This document shows, one piece after another, positions 1 through 13,379 of a DNA stretch of 64,000 nucleotides. Position 1 is the first letter of the stretch, and every line of letters begins with the position of its first letter. A program made the position numbers and the translations under genes. The stretch lies in the NCBI GenBank assembly GCA_951406725.2, contig OX597824.1, positions 19,964,001 to 20,028,000 of the forward strand, in the 5' to 3' direction. Under the pieces are notes generated by a model that was not told the origin of the DNA, did no database searches, and saw nothing but the letters and a program-made list of their open reading frames with translations. The DNA is from Octopus vulgaris. Lineage: Eukaryota.

Positions 1-61
1 GTGATGTTGTTGAAATACTTTCTTTCTCTCTCTCTCTCTCTCTCTCTCTAGTTGTCACATC

Positions 62-103
62 CACTAATGATTTTTTTTTGTTTTTTTCTATTTCTAGGTA
101 AGT
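62..103 (+). other. Candidate recursive splice site (ratchet point) in the upstream BCL11 intron
   Basis: Branch-like CACTAAT (62-68), T-rich tract (71-93), CTAG (94-97), followed immediately by a perfect donor GTAAGT (98-103). Confidence 0.65.
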
Positions 104-762
104 ATGCAGATGACATTTTCTACTTTGGAATGGATTTTTAAGGATTCTATTATTCCTCTTCGCTACAAATGGCATCTTGCTACTACATCAGATAAGAATG
201 TTTACACATATTTACTCCTTCTCGCTTACTGTCTCTCCCTTTCTCTCTCCCTCTCTCACTTTTTTTTTTTTCAGTAAATATTATAAATTTTTTTTTAAAT
301 TATGGTTTATAGCCCCAACAGTTTCTATGTTTGTGAGTCTTTCTAGCAATATGTCCTCATCTCTCAATTTCATGCGTGTTTAATTTCAAACCTGAGTCTT
401 TCCATCTGTGAGTATCAAGGCAAAGATACAGACAAGATGGCAGGGTTGGAGGTGGGTTCAGTCCTTTCCCTCCCAACGCCTGTAGCAGCACTGTGTTCAT
501 ACAAGGTTAACATTCCTATCCATCTATATGGCTATATAGATGGATAGATATATAGATGGATATATATATATATAAATAAATACTATATAATGATGTCTAT
601 GCTGTGGCAAGGGTTTTGCTATGAAGTGCTGGGGCCCTCGTTTTTCAAAAAGGGTTTTGGGTCCCAGTAGCTTTAACATGCTCTAATATGTTTAACCCTT
701 CTGCATTTAGATATTATTCTGTCAAAAGTCATGTTTATGTTATTTTAAATTAATCATGCATT

Positions 763-1140
763 ATCATCATCATCATCATCATTTAATGTCTGCTTTCCAT
801 GCTAGCATGGGTTGGACGGTTTGACTGAGGGCTAGCGAACCAGATGGCTGCACCAGGCTCCAGTCTTGATCTGGCAGAGTTTCTACAGCTGGATGCCCTT
901 CTTAACGCCAACCACTCCAAGAGTGTACTGGGTGCTTTTACGTGCCACCAGCATGGGGGCCAGTCAGGCGGTACTGGCAACAACCTTGCTCAAATTTTTT
1001 TTTTTTTTACACATGCCAACGGCACAGGTGCCAGTAAGGTGACGCTCGAATGGTGCCTTTTACGTGCCACCGGCACAGAAGCCAGTTAGCCACTCTGTCA
1101 ACGATCACGCTCGTGTGGTGCTCGTGCTCATCATCGAATT
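763..1140 (-). mobile_element. SINE family C ((ATG)n-tailed; GGCGTTAGGAAGGGCATCCAGCTGTAGAAAC core)
   Basis: Near-identical copies at 21248, 25432, 31315, 37273 and 38719. (GAT)n tail. Truncates a TTAA-MITE fragment at 692-765. Confidence 0.85.
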
Positions 1141-1165
1141 TCACTTTGATTTTGATTTCGATTAT

Positions 1166-1666
1166 TTATATATATATATATGTATGTATATATATGTGTA
1201 TGTGTATATGTGTATGTGTATATGTATATATATATATATGTGTATATGTGTATATATATATATATGTGTATATGTATATATATGTGTATATGTATATATG
1301 TGTATATGTATATATATATATGTGTATATGTATATATGTGTATATGTATATGTATATATGTGTATATGTATGTATATATGTGTATATGTATATATATATG
1401 TGTATATGTATATATATATGTGTATATGTATATATATATGTGTATATGTGTATATATATATGTGTATATGTATATATATATGTGTATATGTGTATATATA
1501 TATGTATATATATGTGTATATATATATGTGTATATATGTATATATATATGTATATATATGTGTATATATGTATATATATATGTATATATATGTGTATATA
1601 TGTATATATATATGTATATATATGTGTATATATGTATATATATATATATATATATGTGTATATATG

Positions 1667-1723
<57 letters not shown>

Positions 1724-1842
1724 ATATATATGTATATATATATATGTGTGTATATATGTATATATATGTATATATATATATATATATATATGTGTATATA
1801 TGTATATGTATATATATATGTATATATATGTATATATGTATA

Positions 1843-1893
<51 letters not shown>

Positions 1894-2269
1894 ATATATA
1901 TATATATATGTGTATATATATATGTGTGTATATATGTAAATATATATATGTATATATATATATATGTGTGTATATATGTAAATATATATATGTATATATA
2001 TATATGTGTGTATATATGTAAATATATATATGTTATATATATATATGTGTGTATGTGTGTATATATGTATATATATATGTGTGTATATATGTATATATAT
2101 ATGTGTGTATATATGTAAATATATATATGTATATATATATATATATGTGTGTATATATGTAAATATATATATGTATATATATATATATATGTGTGTATAT
2201 ATGTATATATATATGTATATATATATATATATATGTATATATATGTATATATATGTGTTTATATATATA

Positions 2270-2307
<38 letters not shown>

Positions 2308-2308
2308 A
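1166..2308. repeat. Compound (TA)n/(TATG)n/(TG)n microsatellite, about 1.15 kb
   Basis: Seen directly. Explains the long Y/I/M/C/V ORFs. Confidence 0.98.
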
Positions 2309-2604
2309 GTAAAATTATTTAAAAAATGCTTTCTGACAGAATTTTTCTTCCTGCAAACACCACACCTGTCCACTGTAATGGACATGTCCATAGTCTCATA
2401 TAGATTCAACAAACCTTTCGAATTCAAGGAATGAAGTGGGTGAGGTTGGCATAAATATATTTCAGGGTAATTGGTTTAAAAAGTTCCCCGACCCCTGATC
2501 TAACAGGAACACAAAGTTATTAGTCGTTTCCCTGTTATCAAATATTCTTAAAATTCACTTCCTGCTCTACCTGCCAACTCTCTATTCTGATTAATCACCA
2601 CCAC

Positions 2605-2637
<33 letters not shown>

Positions 2638-2939
2638 TGTTGTTGTTTTTGTTGTTATCTCTCGTTGTGTAATTCACCAGGTGTAATGTATAGGTGTAAT
2701 TAATGACCAAAAGCTATTATGATGTACTCAGCCCCTTTTGTATCTAGGCTGGTGAGCTTATTAACGCTTGATCGTTACTGCTATATTCTTCTATAGCTTC
2801 AATTAGATGCACTTCATAATTACCTGACCACCAACCTCTAACCGCTGACCTTTTGACCAACTATAAATACACCTCTTTACTTTCTCTTCTTGTTAGTTTT
2901 ATAAGACTAGTTGACATTGATATACATGTTTCTTCACAC

Positions 2940-3072
2940 TTAATTTATCAACCCTGAAAGGATGAAAAGCAAAGTTGAGCTCGGCAGAATTTGAACTCAG
3001 AACATAAAGACAGATGAAATACTGCTAAACATTTTGCCCAGTGTGCTAACATTTCTGCCGGCTCGCCGCCTT
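2940..3072 (-). mobile_element. SINE family B (Nin-domain-like), 5' part
   Basis: Reverse complement of GGCGGCGAGC(T/C)GGCAGAA...GACTTTGC(C/T)TTTCATCCTTTC; matches the full copies at 6355, 14318 and 34187. Confidence 0.8.
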
Positions 3073-3936
3073 GAGCGATAAAGAATTATTGGCGATCTAT
3101 CTGTGATCTGCAAATGCTAAGTTTCTTAACCCCTTTGTCACCATAATTCTTTTGAAATACCCTGCCTTTGAAAATAATGGAGAATGAGCATTAAATGGTG
3201 ATGAATTTTTTTCTTTATTTAGAACTTAAATTAACTTAAATTTTGATGGAAGGTTTTTTTTAAAACTTAAATCACTTCAAGAAAGGAGTTTGTGGCGTTG
3301 AACCAGGAATAGGTATTAAAAGGTTATAGCAAACATCTTCATAATTTCCTTCAATACATTTGGGTCTGGTTATTGTTCACTGCTGATGTGTTGTTCCGTG
3401 AGTTCTAGGCGGCTGCGATTTATTTTGTTACGGGTAAATCGAAAGCATCTGTGTTCATTCCTTTTAGCCTACACAAAACCACAAGACGAGATGCAGTTTG
3501 AGAATGCTGTGCAACTTAGCGCCTCTTTTGTCTGCATTTACCGTTTCTATTGCAATTGGCTTCTGTTTGGCTCTTAACTGCACTGATTAACACTGTACAA
3601 TTGGTACCATGGGAAGCAAAGGGCAGTGGTAGAGCGAGCATACAGGGATAAACTAGCCCAGGGGTCCACCTGTGATGTAAGAAGAAGAAGAAATCTATTG
3701 ATCCACACTGGAACCCAGGCTAATTTGGGATCGTTAGTGTAAGTGGTGGGAGGTACAACATCTGTGGTCAGCGATGGCTGGCTGTGTTCCAGCGACACAG
3801 CATGGCACCTTGTTCAGTGTGAACACAGAACAAATGATGACAGTTCAACTGTAACTTGTTTTAATTCATGGCTGTTGGCCTGCAGCAGTACATACTGCTT
3901 TGCTTACTGATTCTTTTATCATCATCATCATCATCA

Positions 3937-3968
<32 letters not shown>

Positions 3969-4005
3969 TTGGTTTTAGTTTTTTTTTTTGTTTTTTTTTC
4001 CTTCC

Positions 4006-4074
<69 letters not shown>

Positions 4075-4200
4075 TTCTGTCTTATTACAGAACAGATCCA
4101 TCCCCTTGGTCTCTAAGAGGCTGAAGAGACCTTGCTTAGAAATCTTAAGGAAATCTTTTGTCTTTAGAATAATTCCAGGATGACTGAAATAAAGTTAATC

Positions 4201-4255
<55 letters not shown>

Positions 4256-4935
4256 TTGGTGTATGTGTGTGTAGGGAGTGTCTTTTCTGTTAAGAAAGAA
4301 GCAAGAAAAAAAATCCAATAAATAAAAAATAACACTGCACACATTAATAACCTTTTCAAAGATGAAGAATTTCATATGGAATATACAGTTGGAATCTCCC
4401 ACCATCTGCCTTTGTTTCAACATCTTCATCATCATCATCGTCATCATCATTATAATCACCTTACCCCCCACCCACCCTTACCTATCCTTCTCAGCAGCTG
4501 CAAAACTCTCAGAGCTTTCTCTCACTCTCTCTCTCTCTCCTTTACAATGATGAAATCTACTTCTGCCGCTTTAAAATCATGTCCACGAGGAGGGTCCTGT
4601 CTCTATTTATAGTTTGTTGATGTTCGTCTTAAAAATGTCGAGCATGTTCTTTTGGTAAGCAAGAGTTACTCTCAAGATACCCCACTCTCTTAGAAATCTC
4701 ATCTATTTGTAATAATTATAGCAAAAACAAAAAAAAAAAAAACTATTCAAAAGCTAAAAAAAGAAAATTCTAGAAATGCTATGAGCTTATGGGGGGAGAG
4801 AGGTACTATCATTTGTCCCTTTATGTTGATCAGTGTGATCATAAAAACCAAGTCTCAAACCCTGGTGTACAATTCTCTTTCTCCCTTTCTTTGTTTTTTG
4901 TTACTGCATTAACAAGAATTGGTAAATTAGTGATA

Positions 4936-5159
4936 TTAAACCTTTAGCATTTAAACTGACCATATCCAGCCCAAATATTCTGTTCTTTCTTCAAACTGGC
5001 TAGATCTGGCTTCTCACACCAACCCTACAGTGTCAATCTAAAAGTAAACACTCACATCATTGAAATTTTGAAGCTATGAGATAATTCGTGATAAATTCAA
5101 AGCATTGTGAATCAATAAACGATACATTTGCCAGACCAATCTGAACACGAAAGGGTTAA
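4936..5159. mobile_element. TTAA-flanked non-autonomous DNA transposon (piggyBac-like MITE, family 2)
   Basis: TTAA-ACCTTTAG...CGAAAGGG-TTAA ends. Related fragments at 692-765, 14959-15151 plus 15688-15722, and 33727-33778. Confidence 0.7.
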
Positions 5160-6354
5160 AGACGAGGTGCATGACCTAATGGTTAGCGTGTCTCTCTCAT
5201 AATCTTGTGATCATGGTTTCAATTCTCACACTAGTAGTGTATCGTGCTCTTGAGTAAAACACTCTTTCACATGGCTCCAATCCCCTTCGGCTGTAATTGA
5301 GTAACCTTGCTATGCACTGGATCCTCATTCAGGGCGAATGTTGTGATGTCTGCCACTTATACATCAGGTAACTGGCCCTAGGAGGAATTACAACCGTGTT
5401 TCGTGGTCTGCTACCACAACAGTTCCTTTATAGGATCCAGTTAGCTCAAGACATCATCAGGAGGAACCACGTCCGGTTTCGGCCCCTATTCCTCTACCGT
5501 TTTGACGTGGCGGGCCCCCCCCCCCCCCCCCATTTGGAGGTGTCTTCAGCTCTGGTGTTGAGTGCATATCTTCTTTCTTCTTCTTTCTTCTGTTCCCTGG
5601 CCTCTTCGATGTATCGTCAGCGAGTGTCACCCGGTGACTGACTGTCTTGTCAAATTTTTCCCTTTAAATACCTGCCGCATAGGCTCCAGCAGGCAGCCCT
5701 AGCAAGTTGTCACATGACACTGTCTCACCTTAACTGACTAGTGAAGGCGCGTAGTTTTAGCCCGCGCTTTTCCTAAACCCATTGGACTCAAGACAATAAT
5801 ATCCTGGCGTTGATGATGATGATGATGATTATATACACACATTCACACACACATATTTTACATGGTTCAGCCCTAAAGTTGTGGCCATTTTATGTCCCTT
5901 TTTACCATGCTGGCATGGAGTTGGACGGTTTGACTGGGGCTGGTCAGCCAAAGAGCTGGTCAGCCAAAGAGCTGCTCGGGCTCCAGTTGTCTGTTTTGCC
6001 CTGGGTTCTACGACTGAACCCCATGCCAATATCTACACATGTTCATGTATTGAACTATTGAACATTGAAAATATTACAGCTTCCAGGAAACTAGCTGGAA
6101 AATTGTCCCAAACCATCTGCGAACAACTTGATACTGTATTGCATCCAGGCACCCATCACATTGCTGAAGAATTGCATTCTCTTACATAACAGAAGTTGCG
6201 TTCATTAAGGTTTTCCTTTTACAAAGAGTTCTGTAATGCTGTTATGTATGTACTCAAGGTTCCCCTCTTGAGGCCAGTAAAGTTCCCTGGCCCTGCTTTA
6301 TTTTCAGATCTTAGACCTAGATTTAATTAGGTTCAGTTTGGTTACATGTATATA

Positions 6355-6583
6355 TATTTCTTTACTACCCACAAGGGGCTAAACACAGAGAGGACAAACA
6401 AGGACAAACAGATTGAGTTGATTACATAGACCCCAGTGCAAAACTGGTTCTTTATTTATCGACCCCGAAAGGATGAAAGGCAAAGTTGACCTCAGCGGAA
6501 TTTGAACTCAGAACGTAACGGCAGACGAAATACCGCTAAGCATTTCGCCCAAGGCGCTAACCTTTCTGCCAGCTCGCCGCCTT
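6355..6583 (-). mobile_element. SINE family B (Nin-domain-like), full length
   Basis: Reverse complement carries GCCTTTCATCCTTTCGGGGTCGATAAA, which I recognise as the Nin-domain core, and an AAAGAAATA tail. Confidence 0.85.
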
Positions 6584-6826
6584 ACATATATATATATATG
6601 TTAGTCTCCAGTGTGTGGATGTATTTAATCTGGATATATCTGTGTATCTATGTGTATGTTTATGGTATCTGTGTGTGTGTGTGTACAATGATGATTAGGT
6701 ATGTGTGCGCGTAAGGGATATTACATTTGCATGTTAATCTATTATATGTATGTATGTGTTAGATCAGGTGTGTATATATGAGAGAGACAGAGAGAGAGAG
6801 AGATGATCAAAGAAAATAAACCGCTG

Positions 6827-6859
<33 letters not shown>

Positions 6860-7619
6860 CTCACTGCAGCGACGACAACAGGTGTAATAACCTCTTCCTT
6901 TCTCTCTCTCTCTCTCTCAGTATTTGGTTACCTTCAAATCCAATACACTAACACACCACACTGCTGTTCCATAGAATAAAGGTGGACCAGAATGTGTACT
7001 CAATAATCTATTACGTTGATTTTAATTTCATTCAGAATCTATTTTTGTGTTAAATATTCAATTGAAATTTCTTTTCCGATATCAATATTGAAGAAATTCA
7101 ATTTTACTACAATGCAATTATATTTTCGCTCATTACCATAAATATAAATAAGTTTATAGATAATCTCATTTCAATATACGTAACTACATCTAAATCCAGC
7201 AACCACAGAAACTTGCTTCCATTTTCTGGTGCGACGTTTTGGAGAATCTGCTCTGAAAGTGATAATGGAAGATACTCCGATTCCAGATGCAGTCGTCATC
7301 ATCATCATCATCATTATTCAACATTCACGTTCCCATGCTTGTATAGGGTTGGGTAGAGTTTATTGAACAGATGCCCTTCTTCTTGCCAACCCTCACAGTT
7401 ATCAAGAAAATTGTGTGTGTGTGTGTGTGTGTACAGCATTAGGGAGGGCATCCAGCTGTAGAAACCAAGCAAAACCAGACTTTGGAACTTGGCGCAGCCC
7501 CTGGCCATACCAGTTCCTCTCAAGCCATCCAACTCGTTCGTACCAGCATAGAAAACAGACATTAAACAACACTGATGGCACACAAACACATACACCATGT
7601 TTGTGTATATCAATATTAC

Positions 7620-7830
7620 TCTTTACTCTTTACTTGTTTCAGTCATTTGACTGTTGTCATGCTGGAGCACCACCTTTAGTCGAACGAATCGACCCCAACA
7701 CTTATTCTTTGTAAGCCTAGTACTTATTCTATCGGTCTGTTTTGTCGAACCGCTAAGCGATGGGGACGTAAACACACCAGCATCGGTTGTCAAGCGATGT
7801 TGGGGGTGGGGACAAACATTTTACACACAC
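7620..7830 (-). mobile_element. SINE family A, 3' half
   Basis: Matches the 3' half of the full copy at 22913-23316. Confidence 0.85.
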
Positions 7831-7930
7831 ACATACATATATGTATGTATGTATATATATATATATATATATATTTGTAAAAAATGAAGTTTGAAAATGC
7901 TGCTATATTAGACAAATTTTAATTTAAATT

Positions 7931-7968
7931 TAACATGTTTCGGTTCTTGAAATGACGAACCTTATCAA
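7931..7968 (-). ncRNA. Degenerate minimal type I hammerhead-like motif (Penelope-like element end)
   Basis: Minus strand: TTGATAA-GGTTC(10 nt)GAACC-GAAA-CATG-TT|AAA, with TTT upstream for stem I. Core box has two changes from CUGAUGA. Confidence 0.5.
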
Positions 7969-8299
7969 AAAAAATTATATATAATAAAGAGAGTCCATGC
8001 TATATGTTTAAAGAGTATGATGTAATAGTTCATAATTGTGACATATATTCAATAGAGTCAAATATAAAAAATTCATGTTCTTGAAAAGGCGAGGAGTTCA
8101 TTTTTAGATTTTACCTTGTGTTCCAATGGGAGCAACAGTAATGATTTTTGGTCGGTGTCTGCTTGCATAATTTTGGTGAATTTTGTGATTGCTGGATTTA
8201 TATCAGCTCAGCTAAGCTGTGGTCACTTGCACTTTTCACTGACGTCATATAGTTCCAAACCAATCAAAACCCAGTCTCAACGAATATAGTGAAAAGACT

Positions 8300-8622
8300 C
8301 CTAACTGTATCCTGTTAGGAAAACCAACCAAGCGGAATGACAGTTTGGCCACGGGAGAAATACGTCATCATTTTTTTGACGAATTAGATCTGACCCATGA
8401 CTGTATCCTGTTAGGTGGCTAGTCCAGCAGAACGAGACGTCATCAATGTTTTGACCAATCAGAATTGGGTCTGAGGTGGCTAGTCCAGCAGAACGCGACG
8501 TCATCAATGTTTTGACCAATCAGAATCGGGTCTGACCCATAGCTGTATCGTGTGGGGAAACCGACCAAGCAGGGTGACAATAGCTTGACCACTGAAGTAA
8601 TACGTCATCAGTTTTTTGACGA
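8300..8622. repeat. Imperfect tandem repeats (60-100 bp) rich in GACGTCA and CCAATCAG
   Basis: GGTGGCTAGTCCAGCAGAACG..GACGTCATCAATGTTTTGACCAATCAGAAT appears twice, and AATACGTCATCA..TTTTTGACGAAT appears twice. Confidence 0.75.
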
Positions 8623-8787
8623 ATCAGGATGAGATCTGCTCGTAGAGAAAGAGATCTTTTTATAAATTTTTCCTTTCCTAAGACATATCACTGTCAGCGT
8701 GAGTGACTGTTTAAGGATCTGAGAAATTATAATTCGCCCCACCTCCATTATTATAATTCTCTCACTGTGGCCGTAGCAACAGTGACC

Positions 8788-8876
<89 letters not shown>

Positions 8877-8877
<1 letters not shown>

Positions 8878-9021
8878 ACGGGCTTCTTTCAGTTTCCGTC
8901 TACTAAATCCACTCACAAGGCTATAGTAGAAGACACTTGCCCAAGGTGCCACGCAGTGGGACTGAACCCAGAACCATGTAGTTGGTAAGCAAGCTACTTA
9001 CCACACAGCCACTCCTACGCC
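8877..9021 (-). mobile_element. SINE family A, 5' (tRNA-like) half
   Basis: Reverse complement of GGCGTAGGAGTGGCTGTGTGGTAAGTAGCTTGCT...GAAACTGAAAGAAGCCCGTC. Confidence 0.85.
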
Positions 9022-9738
9022 TATATATATATATATATATATGTATTTTTGTAGCTGTATGGCACCAAAATCATCGCCATGCTCAGTTTTCAGCATTAGA
9101 AGGGTGCCGACACAAATACATACAAGTATACACGTAAGCTTTGCTATTGTGTTTGTGTGTTTACATATACGTGAATCAATTTTGCTTGGGTAGTTGTAAT
9201 CTACGTGGACAAACACACACACACACACACACACACGTCTTGTGTGTATACACGTTCAGATGTATATATTTTATGTATGTCTGTTTGAGTGTGTTTGTGT
9301 GTTCACTAGAAAATGTCTCCTTCTCCATGTTCACATCATACACCTTCCAATCATCTCTTTAGTATTCACTGTCATTTTAGTTTAACTTTGGTGAAATGAT
9401 GAAAATGTTTATGTAGGAAATTAAAGTTGTCATGGAAAATGGATACATAAGAAATAATTTATTATTATTACTGCTGCTGCTGCCACTACTGGGGAAATGT
9501 TTTCTACATTTTCCTAGAATTTTCTTGAAACCATCAATAAAATATCTCAGAGAGAGAGAGAGAGAAAGAAAAGAGAGTTTCGAAAAAGATAAAGATATGA
9601 CGAAAGAAAAAAAAAATAGAAAAAGTTTGTCTAAAATTTTAGCATTTTTACTCTTCCACATTGAATGTTCTGAGAAAACACAGACACAAACCATGCATGT
9701 GTATATATATATACACACACACACACATATATATATAC

Positions 9739-9769
<31 letters not shown>

Positions 9770-10160
9770 TATATATATACATATATATACACACATATAT
9801 ATATATATGCACATATACATATATGCACATACACACATACTCGGTCACGTATATGCACAGACATACACGCATGCAAACATACATATGCGCACACATACAC
9901 ACACACACACACAAAGATACATGCTCATCACACATAGAAGCACGTGCACATATTCCCCCCCCCCCCTCTCTCTCTCTAGGTTGTTGGTACGAAGACAGGG
10001 TACCTTGCACAAGGTTCTCAGCAAAACTTTCACTGGATCTGGCTGGAGTATATCAGAATGTAAAGAAACTTGGTCAAATAGCAGTTTGGCAAAAGAGACC
10101 AATAGACTGTTTTTGAATGGCTAGTATGTATCATACACCCTGTATGTATGTAGAGAAAGT

Positions 10161-10510
10161 GGAGGTGCAATGGCCTAGTGGTTAGGGCAGTAAACTCACA
10201 ATCATAGGATTGTGGTTTCGATTCCCCGACCGGGCGTTGTGAGTGTTTATTATTGAGCAAAAACACCTAAAAGCTCCAAGAGGCTCTGGCAGGGGGTGGT
10301 GGGTAACCCTGCTGTACTCTTTCACCACGACTTTCTTTCACTCTTTCTTCCTGTTTCTGTTGTACCGATATTTCAAGGGGCCAGCCTTGTCGCACCAAAT
10401 CCCTCCTAGAACTACGTAAAGGGTACACGTGTCTGTGGAGTGCTCAGCCACTTGCAGGTTGTTCCCTTGATTGGATCAACTGGAACCCTCGTCATGGTAA
10501 CCGACAGTGT
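10161..10510 (+). mobile_element. SINE family D (tRNA-derived head)
   Basis: A-box TGGCCTAGTGG and B-box GGTTTCGATTCC. Full-length homolog on the minus strand at 40904-41269. Confidence 0.85.
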
Positions 10511-10970
10511 TGCATGATCATGTAGAGAAAACTTAGTTGTATTTTTGTTCGTGGTTTTTTTTTGTTTTTTTTTGCTTTGACAATATCAGATATTCCTAGA
10601 TTCAGAGTTTCCTACAATGGTTAGTTAAGCTTTCTTTAGGGTACTGGTTGTTGTGGGACCTGATCTATTAGACTTCCACTCTAATAGATTCCAGTTGTAA
10701 CCATCCAGTCTTTCCCCACCTCAATCCCAAACATAATATATTTAAAACTACATTATCCAATGTCACTTTCCCTTTTCTCCCCACCAAAGATAGAAAGTGA
10801 AATTTAAGGGGTTATTTGGCTATTATTTCTAACAGGTCAAGCAATCACATTGGGCTTCGTTTGTTGGTTTCATCGGTATTTATTCAGCAGAATGTGTTCC
10901 ATCAGTGACCATCTTTAGTGTCTAAGATTCATATTGTCAAATGAGGTTGTTTTTTTCTTCTTATAAATGG

Positions 10971-11289
10971 TTCTTGTAAGAATTGGTCCTTATTTTTTGC
11001 AAACCAGGTAACTAGACGGAAGCTTGCTTTTTGGTTTGTCTTCATATTTACATTCTATGTCAGCTAAACATTTCATTCTTGTAAGAATTGGTCTTTATTT
11101 TTCGCAAACCAGGTAACTAGACGGAGGCTTGCTTTTTGGTTTGTCTTCATATTTACATTCTATGTCAGTTAGACATTTCATTCTTGTAAGAATTGGTCCT
11201 TATTTTTCGCAAACCAGGTAACTAGACGGAGGCTTGCTTTTTGGTTTGTCTTCATATTTACATTCTATGTCAGCTAAACATTTCATTCT
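10971..11289. repeat. 105-bp tandem triplication
   Basis: Units start at 10971, 11076 and 11181 (TTCTTGTAAGAATTGGTC...) and are near-identical. Confidence 0.95.
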
Positions 11290-12756
11290 GCTAAAGAATG
11301 ATTTTTTGTTCTTTGGCTTTTTCTTTTTCCCAGCTTCATTTGAACAAAACCATATCTACTGTGATGGCACACAGAACGTGTGATACAGAGATAGAGATAG
11401 GCGAACTAGAAAGATAGACAGATCGACGTATTGAAGGATTGTAATGTCTCACACAGCAAAATGGTGTGTGCTGCTTAAGGTGTATCGTTTAGACAACTTT
11501 AATTTATCTAGATGAAATGTAGTGTGAGGCTGGGGTGTGGGGTTGGTTAAAGTGTGGCACGGAAAAGAAGAAGGAAAAAAAACTGATGGGAAATGAAGAA
11601 CAAGATGGTGGGTGGATATAAGGAAGAAGCGAGAAAAATGTCTCTAGGCAGGGAAAAAAAGGGAGATTTTAATAACAAGAGAGAGTAAGGTTATCCCTGA
11701 TGGATGGGGCTAGAATTATTGATCAATAAAGATGCTAGGAGTTTGTTTTTTTGTTTATTTATTTCGTTCATTTTTTTTTTTTAATACATCACCAGGTTTA
11801 AACAAGAAATGGCATTTTATATGGAGAAGAGGAATTTTTCTTTTTTTCTGGTTTTGTTTCGTTTTTTAAACTCAAAGATTCATTATATTGGAAGGAAAAT
11901 CATGTAGATAAAAACACTCTGGTTTAAAATATGGCTGCCTGCTGTATGAGTGTATATATGTATATATATATATATGTGTGTGTGTATATATATATTTTTC
12001 CATAAAACATATGAAAGAAAATATGTTAAATTTAAACTGAAGTAGCCCCATCGCAGGAAAAATTAATAAGACTGCAAGCTTTCAGAGATAGGGAGTGTGT
12101 GTGTGTGTGTTATCTCCAAGGATGGTGCAGTAGAATGTGGCATTGGCCTGAGGGTGGTGGGGGAGGGAGTGGACGGCGTGGTTTGGATGAGTGGAAGGTT
12201 TGTTGCTAATATAGAATGGTTGGGTCATTGTAGGAGGCGAATGAAGGGAGGAGAGAGAGAAGGAGAGGGATTATTGATTTAAAAGGGAGGGACTGGAGAC
12301 TTTTTTATCCATTGGTTTGCTAAAGAAACAATACTGTGTGAGAGAGAGATAGGCAGACTCTGACATGCCTGAAAATTTTGACACTTCTACATCAAGCTCC
12401 ATTAAAATATTGGATTCATATATATATACATATATATATATACATATACACACACGCATATATCTTTATACACACATGTATATGTTTTTATTTTTATTTG
12501 TTTTTTTTTTTTTTGAAAACAAGAAAGTAATGCTGTGAGTAAGGTAAAAGGAATGGCAGCCTCTGGTTATTTTTTCACCTCTTTCTCTACCCACCATCCA
12601 ACCCGACATTTTAGCCATTAACATCACTTTTTTTTTCGCTCTCTCTAATTGTAAACAATTTTCTATAAAAAAAAAAATACAAGAAAAATCACCAAAATTT
12701 TTTCTTTGGGTTTCTCTCTCTCTCTCTCATCCTCCTCCTCCTCCTCCACTCTCTTC

Positions 12757-12789
<33 letters not shown>

Positions 12790-13229
12790 CAATTTACATT
12801 CTACAGAACTGAAGTTTTGATGGACTCAGCTTTTGATGTGGTTCTTCTGCAACTCTACCAGAAGACAATATTAGCAGTTCTAAAGTCGCTTGGGAAGAAT
12901 GGGGACTTAGAAATGAACAAAATAAATAATTATTTCAAATTTATCTGGCCTGATTAAATTAACAAAGACTTCTTTTACTTTCATATTCTTTATTTTTCGT
13001 TTCTTTTTTTTTTTCTTTTTTTTTTCTTCTTTTTTTTTTTACAGTTATTGTGTTGGCTAATGTATTTTTACAATACATAAGAAAAAAAATTTTTTTTTCA
13101 CAAAGTAAATTGAGTCTATTATTTTTTTTTCTGCTGAAAAATGTATTTTTATTTTCAAATAGTGTTTTTTGGAAATATATTTTGTATTGTGTGTCTCTGT
13201 TTTCTTCTCCTTGTGTACATACATACATT

Positions 13230-13333
<104 letters not shown>

Positions 13334-13338
13334 TATAT

Positions 13339-13379
<41 letters not shown>

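Noticed and set aside
1050-2427. ORFs of 291-421 aa on both strands
   Set aside because: Translations of the (TA)/(TATG) microsatellite, which lacks stop codons. The same applies to ORFs near 9400-10100, 42300-43800, 47800-48570, 50140-50720 and 62140-63840.
10161-10235. tRNA-like sequences at SINE heads as tRNA genes
   Set aside because: They continue into multi-copy SINE bodies and do not form complete cloverleafs.
10971-11289. CAG|GTAACT in each 105-bp unit as ratchet points, or the array as CRISPR-like
   Set aside because: Weak pyrimidine tract and donor. Units are wholly repeated with no unique spacers, and the context is eukaryotic.
12980-13044. Long T tract ending ACAG as an exon acceptor (similar at 11333 and 19530)
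   Set aside because: No downstream BCL11-like reading frame or matching strong donor, and T tracts are abundant here.
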